From: Callorhinchus milii
Taxonomy: Eukaryota
Length of the DNA: 64,000 nt
Assembly: GCF_018977255.1 (NCBI RefSeq)
Contig: NW_024704743.1
Coordinates: forward strand, 36,086,001-36,150,000
Direction: 5' to 3'
A program made the position numbers and the translations under genes. The notes below the pieces were generated by a model. That model saw nothing but the letters and a program-made list of their open reading frames with translations, did not search any database and was not told the origin of the DNA. This document shows positions 38,003 to 52,429 of the stretch, one piece after another (within the stretch, counting starts at the first letter, position 1; every line of letters begins with the position of its first letter).

Positions 38003-40805
38003 AATTTATGTAGCACCTTTCAAGTCAGGAGAATATCCCAGTTCTAGAGTTGTTAGTAATACTGAGGGAAAAGAATTGTATAAATATAAATGGGAGAGTA
38101 ATACATCATTTTGTTATTAAAACTGAAGGACAGAGCAACATCAGAGTACAGTGCTATGAAGCACTTTAAGACCAACACCCTGATAAGGCACCGTGTGAAA
38201 TACAAGGATTATATAATATTCAAAAATCTATTTTTGATTTGAACTTTACTTTTGCTTTTATTAATGTCTTCTAGAGCTCAGTGACATATTTATTCCGTTG
38301 CTGTGCTGGAAATATCTGTGTTGTAATTAATTGGATCCCCCGAAATGGCGATAAAATAATACTTGAAAAATGGTTTCAGAGGAATAATTTGTAGCCTCTT
38401 CGCTCTGGGACACCGCCCTGCGTGAGGGGTGCTATATAAATGCAAGTTATTATTGTTGTCATTAAACTTGATTTTGGCAATTCATGATTGGAGCTCTATT
38501 ATAACTCAGTAGTTGGATTCCATAAAATCTCAACCAATGCCATAGTGGGACCAATTTTTAGCACAATCTTATATTTGACCACAATGGTCTCAAGGTTAAG
38601 ATGATGGCGATTTATGGGAAATTCTTTTCATCGGAATTAAATAAGAAAAATAGTTTTGTCATTTGGAATGCCTGAGGCTGATGGTCAGTAATAGAAAGGC
38701 ATTTCGAACATCACATGCTCTTCTATTTGACACGGTCACTGATCAAAAATTGGGTAGTGGGTAAAAGAAAATCATAAATTGAAGCTTGAGAGCTGAAACA
38801 ATGTTCTCCGCACAAAGAGTTATATTCTGATCTCTCTTCAAGGAAAAAACAATTACCACAAAGAGTGATCTATTTGGGGGCTGAAAGAAACCTATCATTT
38901 GAGATCTCAACTCCTGTTCTTAGCTTCAGTGGTGACCCAATTTAAGGAAGTCTGCTGCACGTATTGCAGTAAGCAATCTGAATCCCAAATAAATTGCTCC
39001 AAGGACATGTGTAATGAATAAATTGCACAAAGCATTCATATACTGTAAAGAGGTGGAACATTACACTTTGACAGATAAACTGCACTTAAATTATGTATTA
39101 TTCTATATTTTATGGTTTCTATTTTATTACTATTATTGTTATTGCTAAAAACAATTATATGTCAGAAATAAATTCCACTTCTTAAAAAGAAATGCAATTG
39201 AGAGATAAATGTACTGATGTTTCACTTTGTCTCATATTGTAGGCCACGTGACAATTGATAAAATGAAATGTAACATCCAAATGAGGTTGACATTAAAAGA
39301 TGCAATCATTCTAAATTACAAGTGTATTGCTATGCAGAGGATTGTTTTGTGTGTGGAAACAACAGGATTATAAAACTTTGTTTTCCTATTCTTCATAAAT
39401 TCTGGCCAGATGTCTTTGTCAGACATTAGTTGGCTGATTGATATGGATGTTTGGTCTCTGCTGAAATTGATAATGTTTTAAAAGCAAAAACTTTCTCGGC
39501 CAATTATGTCTTTTGACTTTCAAACCACATTCCCTGAGGGATGGATAATCTGGGCCATCTTCACAAACTGAACTAAAACTAAGTCCCTTCTCCTGATTTC
39601 CCTCCATTTTTTTGGAATCATTCCTTGTCTTGGGAGCTGACTCTGAATGTCAAGGCTGAAATTTAAAGTTAATTGTCTGTCAAAGTAACACAAATGCATC
39701 GCAGTGCCATGCATTTTCATGAAGGTGGTGTGATCGGTTTACATCAAGCTATCTCTCAGCATTTGAAAACCTAGACTGTGTCCTGCTCAATTCTTTCATC
39801 AATGCGGATCAAAAAAGCAGTGGTTCACAACAGAATTAATTAATGATGAGATTAAATCTGTAATGGGGAATCCCATTAGTACGTCACAGACAGCTCATAG
39901 GCTTCCTGCTCCGAAACCGCAGAATGGTGCCCATGGATTGGCAGTGATATGCTGCAGGTTACTGCATTGGTGATTCTGTGTTATTATTAGTGAAACCTGT
40001 TGCCGTTTCACCCCAATTAAATCTCCGAAAACCTCTTGGAAAACAGAGCCCGCGAGCCCATTAAATGTCCAGGTCCCATGTTTTGTATTCTGCTGTGTTC
40101 AAATGAAGGCACAAAGGGTAGAAGTTATGGCAGCCACAGAAATACCTCCTCTGTTTTTTTTATAAATAAAGAATACTAAATCCTATTGTTCCGAAACCTA
40201 GAAAGTATATTTCTTAAAAGAAAATCTTACTCAAGTAAACTAATCTTGGGCTGTCTAATTTCCTTATTCATATTAAGACACAGACTTTTGTTTACAATTA
40301 AAACATTTAAATTATATTAGGTGAAATGTTAAGAAATGTTGTATTGAAAAACATATTAGTTAAATCTAGCAACAATTTTTCTTTTCAATGTAAGAACTTA
40401 AATAGCAATCCTTGCATTTGATAAAGCGCCATAACATCGGAACCTTTCAAAGCACGTCACAAGCAATTAATGTCACAGGGGACTGGGCCAAAGTGTCCTT
40501 TGAATAAGGGTGGCCTCTGAATTCGAGTTCATTGGAGTGCGTAGAATGTCTAAGTGTATAGAAGAATACACATACAATGCCATCAATTAAATTAATTTTA
40601 ACAAATTAATAAATAAATTAAACATTACAAATAATTACAAATAATAATTAAATTACAATCACATGTCGTTACTGTTTACAAAGAAGTCCACAATCGTTTT
40701 CTGATTGGTGTTCGTTATTTTTTGACTGTTTCTCAGAGAGCTTGGCCTCTGAAAACGGTGTTGGGACCAAAACACAGACACCGCTTACCATACCTATATG
40801 GTATG

Positions 40806-41065
40806 ACAACAACAACTTGTGCTTATATAGCGCCCTCCACACAGGGTAGCGTCTCAGAGCGCTTAATAGTGGCGGAGCCTGATTTGAAGCCGGGGGGAGG
40901 TAGGAGGTATCCATAAGCAGGGTGGAAGAGGAAAGTTTTCAGACGGGACTTGAAAGAGGGGAGAGAGGGGGCAAGGTGGATGGATTGAGGGAAAAGGTTC
41001 CAGAGTACCGGGGCATAGTGGCTGAATGCGTGACCTCCGATGGTGGAGTAGAGGGTACGAGGGAC
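40806..41065 (-). mobile_element. L2-type 3' end
   Basis: acaacaacaacttgtgcttatatagcgcc tail followed by ORF2-terminal sequence. Confidence 0.8.
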
Positions 41066-43029
41066 TAGCGTGACTCATATTACTGAATTAAACATCACTT
41101 TTAGGAAAGTGCTTAAAATCACCTAGGATTTGTCACCTAACACATTGATACTAATGCTCCTGCTGTCACACTGCTGTGGGAAACCCATGCAAGTTTAAAT
41201 GCTGCAATGTGAATGTTTTTGATTTTTAATGTTCATTTTTTAAAATAATAAAACTAAATGTAATAGACTTGGAAACATCAGACCCAATGATACATTACAA
41301 GATGATGTTTTAATTACAATTTTTTCGATGTTATATAGCGTCTTTCACATTGGGAGAACGTCTCAAAGCGATAAACTGAAGCGTGTAGTGACTGTATTTT
41401 GTAGGTGACCAATTTTTGATCTAGGGGATGTTGGCCAGGACAACGGGAGAAACTCCCTTCTCTTTTTGAATAGTTTTGCAAGACATTTAGTGTTTTGGGA
41501 GAGCAAATGGGTAGATGACATTATAAGGCTTCTTAGAACAGTACTGTATAGTCCTTTACGGATTTTGATTATAAACCTAAATGTAAGCAATTTTGGTGAA
41601 TTCAGTCAATTAACTAATCATGTGCAAATACCAAATTGTGATACAATGTCCATTAATACCTTGCAGAAACTTGCAGGCCAGGCCTTTGGCTGCAGAATAA
41701 TGCCAATGGGATGTTTGTAAAACTATTGTGTTTTTCAGAACTTGTTGGTTAAATTGGGGCACACATTCCAATATAACAAATTCCATACAAAGACACATAC
41801 CAAGGTTATGAAAGAATAAGAATAAAAATAAAATAAGAAGTCTTACATTCCACCGCCTGTCTGTGCTGCATGACGAAGTATAGTTTTCTGAAGAGCCATG
41901 GTGGCCTTCAGTGCAAGTACAATATTTACAAAGGTAACTAATTTCTCTTATCGCCCACAAAACACTCAGTCCCTGTAGTTTACAGTGTATCCTGTGAAGC
42001 GCTTTGGGACATCCTCCTGACATTAAATGTGCTTTGCTAAATGCAAAGATTATTATTACTTTGCACCCAGCAGAACTAATTGAACAGAATTGTTAGGGTT
42101 TGGAATTCATTGCCGCAATCAGCTGTATAGGAGCAGCTGTAAAAGCTGGATTGATAGAATTGTTCAACAGGGCAATAAATTAGCACTGGAGCAGTAGGAA
42201 TATTAAGCGATATCGGGAAACAGTAGTAAGTAGGATTTTTTTTAAAAAAAGCAATTTTGAAAAATAATTAGCAGTGACACAAACATAATGTACTGAGTGG
42301 CTACCTATTGTTCTGAAAATTTCTGTTCTGCCTCCAATACACCCACTACATAAAAATATTAATGCTAACAGGACTGATTCCAACACTATGTGACTAGGGC
42401 AGTGCAAAAGAATAAAGATTAAGCGCAAGTTTCTATCTCATAAGTTGTAAAAAACGTAAACAGTGTTTGTAGGTCAATGAGTGGGATGAAAATAAAATTT
42501 GTTCTCAATAATTGTACTCAGTTAACAAAATGTGTTTTTCCAAGCATTAGAATCGAGTTGCCACGTGAGTCCCTATTGAAAATGCAGCCATTTATGAAAC
42601 ATGTGATCGGTGAAGATCATTTATTATCTCCAGATATGCAGATTAAGAAAAGGTTGATACAGAATGGTGAGAGTGTAAAGATCTGTCACATGTTTACTGA
42701 TTTTCGGTAAATCTCTGTCAGAGACTATTACTCTTCATAGCTCAATATTCAATCTTGAATTTGTGCCAAAAATCAACAGATGTTGTGATGTTACAGAGCA
42801 TGGACTGAAGGGGGAACATGTAGGTTGGATTTTGTGATTGCATATTCTTAATCTCAGTGATCCTGCAATGGGTGAGGAAGAATTCTTGATCTCATTGGTA
42901 CTGGGGGTGGGGTGGAGGTGGGAGGTGGGGGGAGAAAAGCAGCTCGGTGCCTCTAGCTGGGAAGAAGGAAAACAAATGTCGTCCACAGATCACAGCCTCT
43001 GTTGGCAAATATTTTTGAGTAGGTTGTAC

Positions 43030-43268
43030 ATGAAAGGCGGAGGGATTGAGGGAGAGTGTTCCAGAGTTTTGTTGCGTAGTGGCTGAAAGCACGACTTCCG
43101 ATGGTGGGGCGGAGGGTGCGAGGGATGAGCAGGAGGCTGGTGCCAGTCGAGCGGAGGCGCTGGGTGGTGGATTGGGGAGTGAGGAGGTCGGAGAGATAGG
43201 GAGGTGCCAGAGAGTGAAGGGATTTGGACACGAATGTGAGCATCTTGAAATCGATTTGTTGATCCAGA
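43030..43268 (-). mobile_element. L2 LINE fragment
   Basis: Translates to KSLHSLAPPYLSDLL...TIGSRAFSHYATKLWNTLPQSLR. Confidence 0.85.
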
Positions 43269-44654
43269 GTTGAATCCTGTATTTGTATTTCAGACGCTCA
43301 TAAATCAGACCAGTTTATAGTACAAATAAGATAAAAGGTGCAGATGGTATGTGGGAATCAGGGTCAATAGTAGCCATTCAGTTCATCGTGTCTTATTACT
43401 GCTACTTGTTTTCTTGAAAAGGGTGTTGGGTCAAGAGAACAGATTACACAACTTCACCAGCCAAAGTCCTGAAATCTTACCACTTCATTGTTCACTAACA
43501 TTTTTCAGCTTTGCAGAAGGGAGCAATGACAGTGAACACTTACGACATTGCAGCACTCCTCCAGCACTGCATTGGAGTGTTACATTATAAATGTAAAAAT
43601 TACATGAATTAAATGATGTATCCATTAAAGTGCTGGCAGATCTATAGAGATTCCTCCCTCTCGGGACCATCTCATTGATAAAATATAAAGGAAAGCTGTG
43701 TTACTGTAATATTAGCCCTAACCCACTAAACTAAACACAAAAAAGATAAGTTTAACTAAAAATGAAAAGTTCCAGCACTTGCCCCTTCATTCCTATTTAA
43801 TTCGATATTCTCTTCCTCATTCTCTCTGAACTTTATACTTTTGGCGATGAAGTATTGTAGGTAATTAGTAGGAAATATTTTAAATCCTTTTTACTCGTGT
43901 TGCACTGACTCTCTGTAGGAGCTCCAATAAACATGCGTCCTTAGAACTCTCCATTGAAGTTGCTTTACAAATATAAGTATTTGCAAGTGATGTTTTCTTC
44001 CAAAAGTCGTATTCAACTTGATTCCCACATGTGGTCATTGACACACTCACCTTCACTTTGAAGTCAACGTAAACGCCTCCACCTACTTCAGATCACAGAA
44101 AGTAAGCCATTCCAAGTGACTTTTTATTAAAAACACACAATGTGGCAATTTTGACTCATCAAAGAAACAACTGCAGTGAGCAAAGCTTTGCTATCTTCAT
44201 AACATTCAAGGTTTGATGATTAAATGAGTAAAAGGTTTTGGCTTCCTGGTGACTCAATCTTAAAGAAAACTTAAGTCTGCATCACATGTTTTTGCTGTTT
44301 ATCCCTCAGGCAGGTCACAGTAGGGGTACGTTCAGAGGTCCTGTGCTTGATTCACTCACACCTCATTTCAATACAGTGAATTAATTGACTGGTTGAAGTC
44401 AAATTCTATACCATTCACTAGGGCAGTGCAGCATGACTCATTTTAACATCATACGCAGTAAGATTTGAGAATAGGATTCTGACATTGTACCTTGGAGATG
44501 ATTGAGGATATATCTAACATAATACCCATATAATATATTGGAGAAACCTAACATGACAGACAGATAACTCTGGAATTTACAAGTACAGAAGCACAGTGAT
44601 AAAGTTCAGATATTAGAAATGTCTATTGAATTGATTTTACCCACGGGCAAGTTT

Positions 44655-44835
44655 TTGCCTCTCCCTCTCCCTCATGCTCTCTCTCTTCCCCTCTACTCCT
44701 CTCTCTCTCACCCCTCGTTCACACAGACACTCGCTCTCTCTTCCCCCACCCCATCTCTCATTCTCACTCCCTCTTTCCATCTCTCACAATCACTCCCTCT
44801 TTCCCTTTCCCTCAATCACTCGCTCTCTTTCTCTC
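44655..44835. repeat. CT-rich low-complexity tract
   Basis: Pyrimidine-rich degenerate (CT)n sequence. Confidence 0.8.
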
Positions 44836-45039
44836 AATCAGCTGCACGGCTCTGGCAGTGGGAATGGCCTCTCATCCAGTCATGTGACAGACTGCAGTAA
44901 CACACGGTATTATTTCCACTCCCCACGCTGCATCCTCCCAACCGCTGGTTCCTGTCACTGCCATGACCGGACGGTTCGTCAGGGAGGGAGGGAATGGGTT
45001 GGAGGGAGAGAGCGGGTTGGATGAAATCATCCACTGGGA

Positions 45040-45077
45040 CGAATGCTGCCCTCAAGTCGCCTGTTGGCCCCCCCCTG
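45040..45077 (-). mobile_element. Possible hAT (Charlie-like) terminal remnant
   Basis: Reverse complement cagggggggccaacaggcgacttgagggcagcatt resembles CAGGGGTGGCCAAC-type hAT ends. No partner end found. Confidence 0.35.
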
Positions 45078-45705
45078 CCTTAGTGTATAAAAGCTATGAC
45101 CTTTACCTCATTTTATCTCATCCCCCCAGAATATCAACCCTACCGTCTTCCCATTAAAGCATCAAGCTGTTACTCAGATGAATTAAGCATCCTAGCCTCA
45201 GTCGCCCTTGCTGTTCCAGTTGTTGCTTACCCTCTATGTAAGGAATTACTTGCTGGTGGCTGTCCTAAATTCTACTTCACAAACCTGATCCTGTGTCTTA
45301 TTTGTCCTGCTGCTTGGCGAATCTAGAAGTATTGTTGTGGGTTTACTTGCTCTATCTTAAGATAGCGAATTAGAGATATTTAAGAGCTGTGTACCACCAA
45401 CCAAGGCACACAAGGAAGCTAAGAAGCTAAATTAGATGAGTGATCCTGATTTCCCTTCTATTGACTCCAGCCTGATTGTCCATCGCATCAGTGGAAGCTT
45501 AATTTCCTTTATGAATATTACACATGGGTCAATCTTTACTGAACCAGGGTCAGTTCATTCGGTAGATTAAAAATGCCAACAGCTCTTTACCCACATTTGT
45601 TTCACCTTGTCCCCTCCGCATACCCCACACACTTCACAACACCAGTTGGCTGGTTTAAGTCTTGACTGATTAAATTATTGCGCTCATCAGTAAATTAAGA
45701 CTCAT

Positions 45706-46892
45706 ACTTCTCCAACTACCGCCCCATTTCAAACCTTCCTTTTCTATCAAAGGTCATGGAATGAGCCGTCGCTTCCCAGCTTCGCTCTTTCCTCTCCCAG
45801 TATTCCTTCCATGAAACCCCTTCAATCTGGGTTTTGTGCTGCTCAAAGCACAGAGACAGCCCTGGTCAAAGTGAACAAATGATATTCTATTCACCTGCGA
45901 CCAGGGCTCTCTCTGAGTTCTCATCCTTCTCTACCTCTCGGCTGCTTTCGATACTATTGAGACCACTCCGTTCTTCTCCACCGCTTCTCCTCATACCTTC
46001 ACCTCAATGGGTCTGTTCTTACCTGGTTCAAATCCTACCTTTCCCAACCTCTGAACTTCGCGGCCATCAACGGCTTCTCTAGCCCCCGCACTGTCACATG
46101 TAGCATCCCTCAGGGTCCTGTCCTCGGTCCCTTCCTCTTCAATCTATACATGCTGCTGCTTGGTGATGTCATCCACAGGCATGGGGTCAATTTCCACATG
46201 TATGCGGATGGTACCCAACTTTATCTCACTGCCTCCACTTTTGACTCCAGAACTGTTGATATCTTGGCGAATTGTCTGTCTGACATCAAGTCCTGGATGA
46301 GAGCCAACTTTCTTCAGCTAAATGTTGGCAAGACAGAGGTCCTCTTGCTTGGCTCCCGGCCCCACCTCCTCACCTCAGGTGCCGACACTATCACCATTCA
46401 CGGCTGCACTCTTCACCTCACTGAGCCAATCTGAAACCTCGGTGTACTTTTTTTACCCTCAGCTATTCTTCAAACACTACATTGGTGCCATGATCTATCA
46501 CCCCCGTTCTTGCCCAGCTTCACTGGCTCCTCATTCCTCAGAGAATCAAATACAAAACCCTCGTTCATACCTCCATGGTCTTGCTTCCCCCCCTACATCA
46601 GCCTCTCCGCTCGGCAGACACCAGCCTACTTCAGGTCCCCCGCACTTCCTGCACCCCATTGGTGGTCGGGTATTCAGCATCTCTGCCCCCGCCACTCTGG
46701 AAATCTATCCCGCAATCCCTCAGCCTCATCCCCTCCTTGCCTCCTTCAAGTCCCGTCTGAAGAACTTCCTCTTCAACCGTGCTTTTGGCCACCTCCTCCT
46801 CTTCTGACCCCAACTCCCAACTTGGGTCCAAAACCTCTGATTGTCTTTCCGACGTGAAGGGCACGATACAAGTGTAATTTGTTGTTGCTGTT
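45706..46892 (+). mobile_element. L2 LINE fragment (RT core, internal deletion, 3' tail)
   Basis: NYRPISNLPFLSKV; HMYADGTQLYL...[17 protein letters not shown]; tail gtaatttgttgttgctgttg. Confidence 0.95.
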
Positions 46893-47757
46893 GCATTGAT
46901 GATCCCACAAGACATCAAAGACCTTTTGTGAATGTCATTGCACATCAAGTACATGAGAAATGTGTTCTTCCAACAGCAAAATGTGGAACTGAAAAGCTCC
47001 CACACAAATGTAGTACAGTAGTTAGAAACCTTTTTTGAACAAAATACACAGTCTCTGCACTTTACAGTAAATCCTGCCTTCCATGGCACACAAGGTGTAC
47101 ATCCTGTGATACACTTTGAGACTTCCTCCTGATATGAAAGGCTTGATATCAAATGCAAAGATTATTGAATGTTAATAGAATTTTTTCCAAATATATTGAC
47201 ATTTTAAATTGAAACGTGAGATAGGTATGAAATTAATTTGACTTCCATCCACATAGTTGCTGTTTGCATACAAATGGAGACTCCTAGGAAACAATTCTTA
47301 TAAAATTTAACACTGATCCATCTCCCTTGCCGCCCCCATGTTTGATTGAAAGCTTCCTTTGCTGAGGTGCTGGATTTCTCATGAGTATTGTGAAATGTCA
47401 GAGTTAGTTATTTTCAGCACCACTGCACTGTCAGTTCAGCAATTCCTGCTTACAGTGCTGGAAAATTTACACTTGTTACTGCTCTACATTCTATTTCTAA
47501 CACAGCTCTTACTTTGGGATTGCCATCATGCAGCGTAGATCACCTTGATGGGTAGTGATTGTTTAGAAAGTTAGAAATGTGTGCCATGGTGTGTAACAGC
47601 ACAGCAGAAAGTATTTCATAGCAGTATCCCCCGGAAGCTTTTTCCACACCCCACACACACCATACACTCACTGTACACATCCCCATATCCACACCACAGT
47701 ATATGCAAGCACGTTACACACACGCACCACATAATATACAGAGTCGTGGAGTCTGTG

Positions 47758-48119
47758 GAGCTCTGTAGCTCAGTGTTTAGAGCACTCGCCTCGCAAGCGA
47801 GAGCAGCTGGGTTTGATTCCATGCAGGGCGAAACATTGGACAAGTTTCCTTACTCCACACGCCTCTGTTTAACTAGCAGTAAGTAGGAACCCAGTTGTTA
47901 GTCGATTGGCGGATCACTTTTCTGGGTGGTAATAATCCCTTCAAACAAAAATAATAATTTGGCACGACTGTTTGTGGGAGACTACTGTGCTCAATTCGCT
48001 GCCACGTTTCGGCCACAAAATACAGTCAATTCACTTTACAGTATATTCTGTGCAGTGCTTTGACATGACTCGAAGATGTGATAAGGTGCAATACCAAATG
48101 CAAGGATTATTATTATTAT
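47758..48119 (+). mobile_element. tRNA-SINE, long form
   Basis: Full head, core and tail. Confidence 0.9.
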
Positions 48120-48539
48120 ACCACAAATCATATATATTAATAATAAATACAAACATATTACACACACACAAATGCATATACACACACAAACCACAAACAT
48201 CGCTCACAATGAGTTTGCTGGGAGGGGATTATAACTCACAGATGCAAGAAATAACAAATAATAACTGGTCAGAAGGTTGACCAATAGAAGCTCGTCCATC
48301 AAGTTGAAGCAAGTCTATTTTCAGAGAATGCTTCCTTTTTTTAATAAAAGTCCCATATTTAAATGGTAACATCTACTGTACCAGCAAGTTGAGGTTAGGC
48401 TGACTAAGTTGAAAGATGAGATCATATGCCATCAGAGAATGAAGGCTATTCTGAGTTCCCACATGGCCATCTCTCTGACTCTTGGTCAATAACACATGCA
48501 CAAGTTGTATTCTTGCTTTGATATTAGCTGACCTCAATG

Positions 48540-48975
48540 CTTAGCTTACACTCCAATACAGTGTTGGGGCTTCGCTGCATTGTTGGGGGTGCAATCCTTC
48601 AAATGAGATGTTAAACCAAGATCCAGTCTGCCTGTTCAGGTGGATATTAGTGAAATTATAAGTGGCAATATTTGAAAAGCTAGGTTTCCCACCCCACCCC
48701 AAAAAAAACTTTGCATTTGATATGGCGCCTTATCACATCTTCAAGACATCTCAAAGCGCGTCACAGAATGTACCCTAAAGTGAATTGACTGCATATTTTG
48801 TGGGCAAAAAATGTGGTGATTTGCTTCACACCTGGTTGTGTGGCGTTCAAGTGTGCAAATTGGTTGCCACGTTTCCTAAAATACACAGTCACTACACTTC
48901 ACAGTACATCCTGTGAAGTGCTTTGACATGCACTGCCAACCTGATACGGTTCTCTCTCAAATGCAAGAATATTCT
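48540..48975. mobile_element. Old DeuSINE (+) interrupted by a tRNA-SINE tail (-, ~48710-48810)
   Basis: gagatgttaaaccaag...ctgcctgttcaggtgga, then an inverted tail, then Deu core and tail. Confidence 0.6.
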
Positions 48976-49152
48976 CATATTTGGGGGAAAAATTCTCCAT
49001 TGTTTAATCTCTGTTTGGTTCTAAGGGTTTCAGCTACTGATAGTGCCAGATACTGTGGGAGCATACAGGTCTGGAGTTTAACTGAAAAAGGATAGTTACC
49101 CAGGTATAAATGTTTTCGAGCTCCATATCTTGCCCTTTCCCTTAAGATAGGC

Positions 49153-49679
49153 CTGATCCAGCTGAAACTGTTTCACCTGCAGATTGTTTGCATATGTTAC
49201 CTGCGCGGTGGAGTTCTGTGATCTTGGGCCACGATGAGGACCTCACACACGGCAAAGCTTTCCAATGCAATCTTCCAATATTGCTTGAGAGTTGTGTCAC
49301 GCCCCTGGCTTAATAGAACCACTCTCTAAAGCACAGAATGAAGTCCCTGGCAATCTCTCACATTGGTAAGATTGCTTGCAGATAAGGGCATGTCTGAAGA
49401 GACAGTTCAGTATAATTGCTAGAAGCTGTGTGGCGCCGCACAGCACGTTAAATATAAGAGGTGATTCACCCTTGTCGTCAACAACGTAGGAAAATTTTAA
49501 AAGGCTGGGGAAAAAACATTCAACATCAAACCTGAGAAGTATTGTTTTTCGGATGCCCAAGCCTTGCCATTATCTGAATAGGTGTCTGGGGAGAATGAAA
49601 CCCAACATGATATTAATAACAATGTTTAAGGCCATATTCTGATATGATCCTGCAGGTGAAACAGTTTCAGCTGGATCAG
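49153..49679. repeat. Perfect 30-bp inverted repeat pair flanking ~470 bp of unique sequence
   Basis: ctgatccagctgaaactgtttcacctgcag (49153-49182) and ctgcaggtgaaacagtttcagctggatcag (49650-49679). Confidence 0.9.
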
Positions 49680-49834
49680 TATAAAACCATAGAGACCATA
49701 GAAACGGACAGCACAGAAGAAGGCCATTTGGCCAATTACATCCGCGCTGACTCTTTGAAAGAGCGAATACAGAATCAGTGCTAAGGAAACGAGATCCCTG
49801 GGTAGCTCCCCTCTGGGACTATCTCCCCTTTTTT

Positions 49835-49965
49835 ATGATCAGACGGGCGTCTGACACTTGCAGAAAGACATTGCTATGTTTAAGAATATCCTAACCAAAC
49901 TGAGAGTTCTACACATGCATATCACCTACACATGGAAATTTCCCTGTATCTGGAATGGAATGTAC
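49835..49965 (+). repeat. Unclassified interspersed repeat, copy 3 of 3 (truncated)
   Basis: tcagacgggcgtctgacac...taagaatatcctaaccaaactgagagtt...acatggaaattt...tggaatggaatgta. Confidence 0.65.
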
Positions 49966-49982
49966 ATTATAACTAACTACAA

Positions 49983-50273
49983 ATAATAATAATAATAATA
50001 ATCCTTGAATTTGCGCCTTCGAGACATCTCAAATTGCTTCACAGAATATACCGTAAAGTGACTGTATATTTTGTGGACGAAACACAGCAACCAATCGTGC
50101 ACAGCAGTGTCCTGCTGGGTTGAGTGACCAAATTATTATTTTTTTTAAAAAAACATTTTTTGAAGGGATTATTACCCCCAGAAAGGTGATCCATCAATCG
50201 ACTAACAATCAGGTTCCTATTTACTCCTATGCTAGGTAAACTGAGGTGTGTGGAGTAAGGAAACTTGCCTAAC
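49983..50273 (-). mobile_element. tRNA-SINE, long form, head-truncated
   Basis: Runs from the tail (aataataat) to ggagtaaggaaacttgcc. Confidence 0.85.
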
Positions 50274-50611
50274 AACAACAAATTAATATAATATTTCAAA
50301 TTAAAATAATAGAATATTATCTATTAATCTATGTTAATATTATTATGTATATTATCTATGAACATTCTACTCAAGCCCACTTCCTCCACAGACCATGGAA
50401 ATCCTGTCTCACCAATTTTCCTTCACTCTGTCAATCCACTTTCCAGGGAAGAGCCCTGCACTCCAAAAAAGAGCCCTGATCTCCAAACATAACACATAAA
50501 CCTTCAGAATATTCTTCCATCCCCGCATCTCACAAGATGTCAGTCTGACCTGGTTGTTACCATTCTCTCCTCTAAGTCCGAGGTTTTTGGATGTGAAACC
50601 TCACATTGGGA

Positions 50612-50930
50612 TTTTGAACTCACACTTTGAATTCCAATGTAGTGTTGGGAGAGCAGTGCATTGTTGGAGGTGCAGTCCTTTGGATGGATGTTAAAACAAG
50701 GTACCATTTAGGTGGACAATAAAGTTTCCTCAGCACTACTTGAAAAGAGAAGGGAGCTTCTCCTGGTGTTCTGGCCAAAAAGCCATCAAATGAAATTGGT
50801 CATTCACTCCATGGCTGTTTGTGGGACATTATTGTGGGCAAATTGTCTGCTGCATTGCCTACAAATACATAGTCCATAAATTTCACAGTAAAATCCTGTG
50901 AAGTCTTTTGAGATATCTCAACAGTGTGAT
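50612..50930 (+). mobile_element. SacSINE1-like DeuSINE
   Basis: gcattgttggaggtgcagtcctt...tcctggtgttctggcca...ggctgtttgtgggacatt. Confidence 0.7.
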
Positions 50931-51420
50931 AAGTTGAGGTTAGGGGGGGCAAAGTTGAAGATAATTTCCAAAGAAAAATCATTACATCAATTATCGTAAT
51001 ATATTTTTAAAAATATGCTGTATGTTTCCTAGCCAATAATCTAATCCAAGTAGTTTTGTCTTGATTCTGTAATCTTGATGGTGATGATCACAGATGGTAT
51101 CTAAATTTAAAAAAATCAGCAAAATGGCATAAACTATGGATGTATTGCTTCCAAGGATGAAACACCCAAAGTTATTGGAAGTGCTGCTGTCTCCTGATAT
51201 GTTATTTTCTGGTATTAGTGAATAAATGACAGTAATCTATGAACATAGCTAAACTAATAGCATTGGGAAATATCTGCTGGTAGGACTAAATTACTCTCCT
51301 AACCACTGAGTCCATCTGTTATGTTACAATAATATTCTACCTTCAGTAAATGATCCTAAATGTGGATCAATTTTATTGTTGTGAAACAACATTTTAGTAA
51401 TAATATACTCTGGATTAATA

Positions 51421-51805
51421 CAGTAGAACCCTGTTATAACAACAACAAGATTACATTTGTATAGTGCCTTTCACGTTGGGAGGACTTTGCACTTTGTTGT
51501 AACTCGGGTTCACTTATAGAACAATTTGTGCGGTGTACCCTGACATTTACTTACCAAACAATCCAAAATGTACTCAGAAAGCAGACCAGTTTGCTTCAAA
51601 ACACCAGCTGATGTCTCACACGAAAGAAGTGATGATTTGATGACCTATAAATTGGCCACTGTTTCCAGTTAGTCAGCTTTTTTTGTACACAGTTTTGAAG
51701 CCCTGACCAGTGATCACACCCCATTATAATGCTGGTTCGGATTATATGGATCTCCCTCTTCCCCCACCCCGCCTCCAACTACTGTGTTATAACAGGTTAC
51801 AGCAG
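51421..51805. mobile_element. Tigger/pogo-like non-autonomous DNA transposon remnant
   Basis: TA followed by cagtagaaccctgttataac at left and a degenerate inverted copy gttataacaggttacagcag at right. A short L2 tail is inserted near the left end. A similar lone end, ggataatcaggattctactgta, lies at ~29756-29777. Confidence 0.5.
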
Positions 51806-52429
51806 AGGTCTCCAACCAATCGATTGCGATTGACTTCTTGGAACAACAAGAATTGGCCAGTCAAACACGCGCACCAGTCCAGGCAAGTCCACGCCAACAT
51901 TCCAGTAGCTACCGAGCCGTGATACCTATGGCACAGCCATCAATGAAGAAAAATTCAATAAAGCAAAATGTATTTGGTTGGCTGACCGTAAAGAAGACCA
52001 CTGGGTTACAATATTACAAGGCTAATCCTTCAGCACGTCTCTTATGCAAATATATATTTGTAGATATGTGGCTCTCAAAAAGGATTAGTTAGGGAATGTT
52101 AACCTTAAGAAAAGCTTTCAAATTAAGTAATCTACTGCAGCGTGTATCCATCTGATATATGTGTTCTTCTATATTTCATAGCATGGACCCAAAGAAAATC
52201 TGCAGACCATGATGTGGATGATTTCATGAGTTTGTCTTGGTGCCACTTGATCGAGTGTTGTAGTGGGAACTGGAATTTCTCAGCTCTTTAGCTTCAAAGT
52301 GTCATTATACCAATTGAAATCGTAATTGAAACCTGTGCAATTGATTTGAATGAATAGTAGAAACGGTTTGATTTAAAACCTCATTGATTTATTTCTATTC
52401 TTTAAGAAAAGTAAATCATGAAATCAGAA

